Below, one piece after another: positions 61,183 to 64,000 of a stretch of DNA of 64,000 nucleotides (its first letter is position 1; the number at the start of each line of letters is the position of its first letter). The notes beneath the pieces are model-generated. The model had not been told where the DNA came from, ran no database searches, and worked only from the letters and a program-made list of their open reading frames with translations. The position numbers were made by a program, and so were the translations under genes. This stretch comes from Candidatus Levyibacteriota bacterium (lineage in GTDB: Bacteria > Patescibacteriota > Microgenomatia > Levybacterales > UBA12049): positions 10,561 through 74,560 of the forward strand of contig SIBS01000003.1 of the NCBI GenBank assembly GCA_009695045.1. The letters run 5' to 3'.

Positions 61183-61995
61183 CTATATTGTTTGATCTGT
61201 AATTAAAAGGGTCTTTTGTGAAATTTCTGGTCGTAAAAAAAATCTTGATGGCACATCTTCCAATGAACCATGCGCAAACATCTTGCTTAATGCATTTTGT
61301 TTTGCTTTACCAAATACTAACACAAATAAAAAATCTAGCATCGACAAACCAAGAAATGTCATTGAAATTCTTTCACCAAATATTCCTAATTTATCATTAA
61401 AATCTGAAACAATATTATTCATTATTTCTTTTTCAAATAATGGATTTTTGAAATCTTTTCTATTTCCAGCAATTCCTGCCGTATGTCCATCGGCTCCAAT
61501 TCCTAAAATACCAATTGACTTTGAAAAATCAGCAAAAAGTGAACGAAGTCTATTGTCATATTCTATTGCCGCAGAAGTTCTTCCCAGACTTAATTTATTA
61601 TCATTTATAAAAAGATTTGAATTATCTACCAAATTAGAATCAATTAAAGATTTTTTTTTTAGTATGGAATAAAAGGGAATATTTATTGAATCAAAATATT
61701 TTATTAATCCCGTATTTTCAAGCATAAGCTCATTGCTATTTTTATGAGAAATAGCTCCATATCTTTCATCAATCAAACCAACTGCACCTGGACAAATTAT
61801 GCCTTGATTGGCTATTTCAATATAGAGCTCTCTTGGAGTTTGCCCACCAGACAGCAATAATAATGTTTTCTTTGTAACTATATGCTTAATAATTTTATTA
61901 GCTACATCAAAACCTTCTTCTGCATCTAAAACAGTTATTATAGATAATTCTTTTTTTTGTATTTTTTTATTTATAAGATATGCAAGATATTGCAT
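61183..61995 (-). CDS. pgl: 6-phosphogluconolactonase family protein
   Basis: LSGGQTP, DERY, SNE, LGIGADGHTAG, RISMT; upstream of zwf. Confidence 0.85.
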   Translation of the reverse strand: MQYLAYLINKKIQKKELSIITVLDAEEGFDVANKIIKHIVTKKTLLLLSGGQTPRELYIEIANQGIICPGAVGLIDERYGAISHKNSNELMLENTGLIKYFDSINIPFYSILKKKSLIDSNLVDNSNLFINDNKLSLGRTSAAIEYDNRLRSLFADFSKSIGILGIGADGHTAGIAGNRKDFKNPLFEKEIMNNIVSDFNDKLGIFGERISMTFLGLSMLDFLFVLVFGKAKQNALSKMFAHGSLEDVPSRFFLRPEISQKTLLITDQTI

Positions 61996-61996
61996 C

Positions 61997-63178
61997 TTAA
62001 TGTCTGAAGAAAATTTGAACAATATCCTTATAAGTTATAAGTATAATTAACAAAAGAAGAATAATCATTCCCATGGTATGTGCATAACTTTCTATTTTAG
62101 AATTTACTTTTTTTCCGGTTACTCCTTCTATAAGAATAAATAAAAGCCTTCCACCATCTAGCGCTGGTATTGGTAGAACATTAAAAAATGCAAGTGATAT
62201 AGAAAGCATACCAGCAAGATTTAGAATTTGAAGTATTCTATCTTTCATATTAGATATTTTGATAATTTCTCCAACAACCGAATAAATTCCAACTGGACCA
62301 CTTACGGCATCTGTAAAATACGAAGAGTCTTTTGTAATCATTGCTATTTTTATAAATTCATTAATAACACTAAAATTATACATCAAGAGATTAACCGGAT
62401 GAACAAAACCAGAAAATAATTTTTGAGAAAAAGTTTCATAATAGAGAACTGATATGACATTAGGAGTTACAACAATTCCCAATGCGCCCTCATTTTTTGG
62501 ATGAATCTTTCTTGGGGTTACTCTTTCTATATAAACTTTATTAGATCCATCATTAGACCAAGAAATAAAAACTTCTTTTCCTTTATTTTCATTGACAATA
62601 CTAATAAATTCTTTGAAATTTTTTAATTTTTTCCCATTAATGCTAATTATTTTTGAGAATTCCTTTAATCCGATTTTTTCAGCAGGAGAATTTTTCATAA
62701 AAGAACGAACAATAATATCTGTATTATTTACCTGATTAACTAGAGAAAATTTATAATTATTAATAAGAATTAGTTCTGTTTTGAAGCCAGATATAGAAAA
62801 GTATATGTAGTAAATAATCACTGCTAGAAGCGCGTTCATCACAACACCAGCGACAACTACTGCAGCACGTTCTCTAACTGGTCTATTAAAAAAAGCCCTT
62901 TTTTTATCTTTTTCTTTTAAAACTAATTCCTTATTACTAACTGATATTTTCCCACCACCGGCTTCATCTTCACCGAGTAATTTTACAAATCCACCAATTG
63001 GTAGCCAGTTTATAGAATATATAGTTTCACCAATTTTTTTACCCCAAAGCCTAGGCGGAATACCAAAACCAAATTCTTCAACTTTAATATTGAATTTTTT
63101 TGCTACAAAATAATGACCAGCTTCATGAATAAGTACCAATATTGAAAGGACTAGAAGAAAAATAATGAGGGTAATCAT
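61997..63178 (-). CDS. rseP: RseP/M50 intramembrane metalloprotease with PDZ domain
   Basis: HEAGH, PIGGFVKL, SGPVGI, NVLPIPALDGG. Confidence 0.95.
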   Translation of the reverse strand: MITLIIFLLVLSILVLIHEAGHYFVAKKFNIKVEEFGFGIPPRLWGKKIGETIYSINWLPIGGFVKLLGEDEAGGGKISVSNKELVLKEKDKKRAFFNRPVRERAAVVVAGVVMNALLAVIIYYIYFSISGFKTELILINNYKFSLVNQVNNTDIIVRSFMKNSPAEKIGLKEFSKIISINGKKLKNFKEFISIVNENKGKEVFISWSNDGSNKVYIERVTPRKIHPKNEGALGIVVTPNVISVLYYETFSQKLFSGFVHPVNLLMYNFSVINEFIKIAMITKDSSYFTDAVSGPVGIYSVVGEIIKISNMKDRILQILNLAGMLSISLAFFNVLPIPALDGGRLLFILIEGVTGKKVNSKIESYAHTMGMIILLLLIILITYKDIVQIFFRH

Positions 63179-63222
63179 GGTGATTAATTATAGCATAGTA
63201 AAATTTTATTTATATTATCAGA

Positions 63223-63777
63223 TTAAATCTGAATTAGATCTTTTTCTTTATTTTTTCCTATGATATCAATTTCTGAAATAAAATCATTAGTTACTTTTTG
63301 AACTTCTTTTTCTACGCGATCAACTTCATCTTCTGATATACCATCTCTTTCTTTTTTTACCGCGTCCATTGCATCATGACGAACCTGTCGCACCATTATT
63401 CGACCATTTTCCAATTTTTGATGCATAAGCTTAATTAATTGCTGTCTTCTTTCTTGAGAAAGTGGTGGAACAGATATTCTAATTACTTGACCATCACTAC
63501 CTGCATTTAGACCCATATTGGCGTCCTGAATTCCTTTTTGAATTTCACCAATTATAGAATTGTCAAAAGGAGTAATTACTATCGTTTGTGCATCAGATGT
63601 AGTTATCGTAGAAAGCTCCATGAGTCGCATTTTTGCAGTACCACCATAAACACTTATTATAATATTTTCAACAAAAGAAGGGGCTGCCCTACCAGTTCGC
63701 ACAGTTGCAATATCTTGCCTGAGAACTTCAAGCACTTTAATCATCGCCTGTTTAGCTTCCTGAATAATATTATCCAT
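63223..63777 (-). CDS. frr: ribosome recycling factor
   Basis: RTGRA, PPLSQERR, RQVRHDA. Confidence 0.95.
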   Translation of the reverse strand: MDNIIQEAKQAMIKVLEVLRQDIATVRTGRAAPSFVENIIISVYGGTAKMRLMELSTITTSDAQTIVITPFDNSIIGEIQKGIQDANMGLNAGSDGQVIRISVPPLSQERRQQLIKLMHQKLENGRIMVRQVRHDAMDAVKKERDGISEDEVDRVEKEVQKVTNDFISEIDIIGKNKEKDLIQI

Positions 63778-63843
63778 ATTTACAAAAATTATTTAATTAT
63801 TAATGTTATATCATTTTTATAAACTGAGGTGGAGTCTGATTAA

Positions 63844-63999
63844 TTACTCAGATCCCAATTCGTATCTTATAAAGCGTTTAAGAATAGTATTCTCTCCCAT
63901 TTTTGCAATAGATTCCTTTATCAAATGACGTATTGTCTTTGATGTATCTCTTATATATTCTTGATTAAGCAATTCTTCTAAATTTTTTGGGTTCATAGC
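63844..63999 (-). CDS. tsf: elongation factor Ts, 3' end (short form; partial)
   Basis: AMNPKNLEELLNQEYIRD...KMGENTILKRFIRYELGSE*; upstream of frr. Confidence 0.88.
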   Translation of the reverse strand, partial: AMNPKNLEELLNQEYIRDTSKTIRHLIKESIAKMGENTILKRFIRYELGSE

Positions 64000-64000
64000 T

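Noticed and set aside
6197-63822. Numerous 60-130 aa antisense or nested ORFs (e.g. 6197, 16756, 48707, 61283, 63538)
   Set aside because: Shadows of well-supported genes with no motifs

Overview
Chromosomal window of a very AT-rich, genome-reduced bacterium using genetic code 11. By inference it is Patescibacteria/CPR, probably Microgenomates: rpsF-ssb-rpsR has no rplI, tsf-frr has no pyrH, and ProRS and RF1 are short. Most of the window is housekeeping: dnaB, dnaX-ybaB-prs-prs-recR, efp, hisS, cysS, proS, rpmE-prfA, rpsU-ybeY, frr, tsf, zwf-pgl-gnd and tal. The strongest signals are non-coding. (1) A gene-free stretch at 3893-4961 holds a near-perfectly palindromic 28-bp dif-like site and, within about 0.5 kb, a cluster of DnaA-box-like motifs. 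The neighbouring Xer recombinase gene carries one dif arm over its own -10 box. (2) A His T-box riboswitch with an ultrashort Stem I and a transcription terminator lies upstream of an orphan ORF and hisS. (3) A tRNA-Ser has the rare anticodon ACT. (4) Many genes have sigma70 promoters ending 6-9 nt before the ATG, suggesting leaderless mRNAs. (5) A decaying accessory region with several gene fragments surrounds tRNA-Ser (about 27.3-34.7 kb). All calls come from reading motifs by eye; no searches were run.
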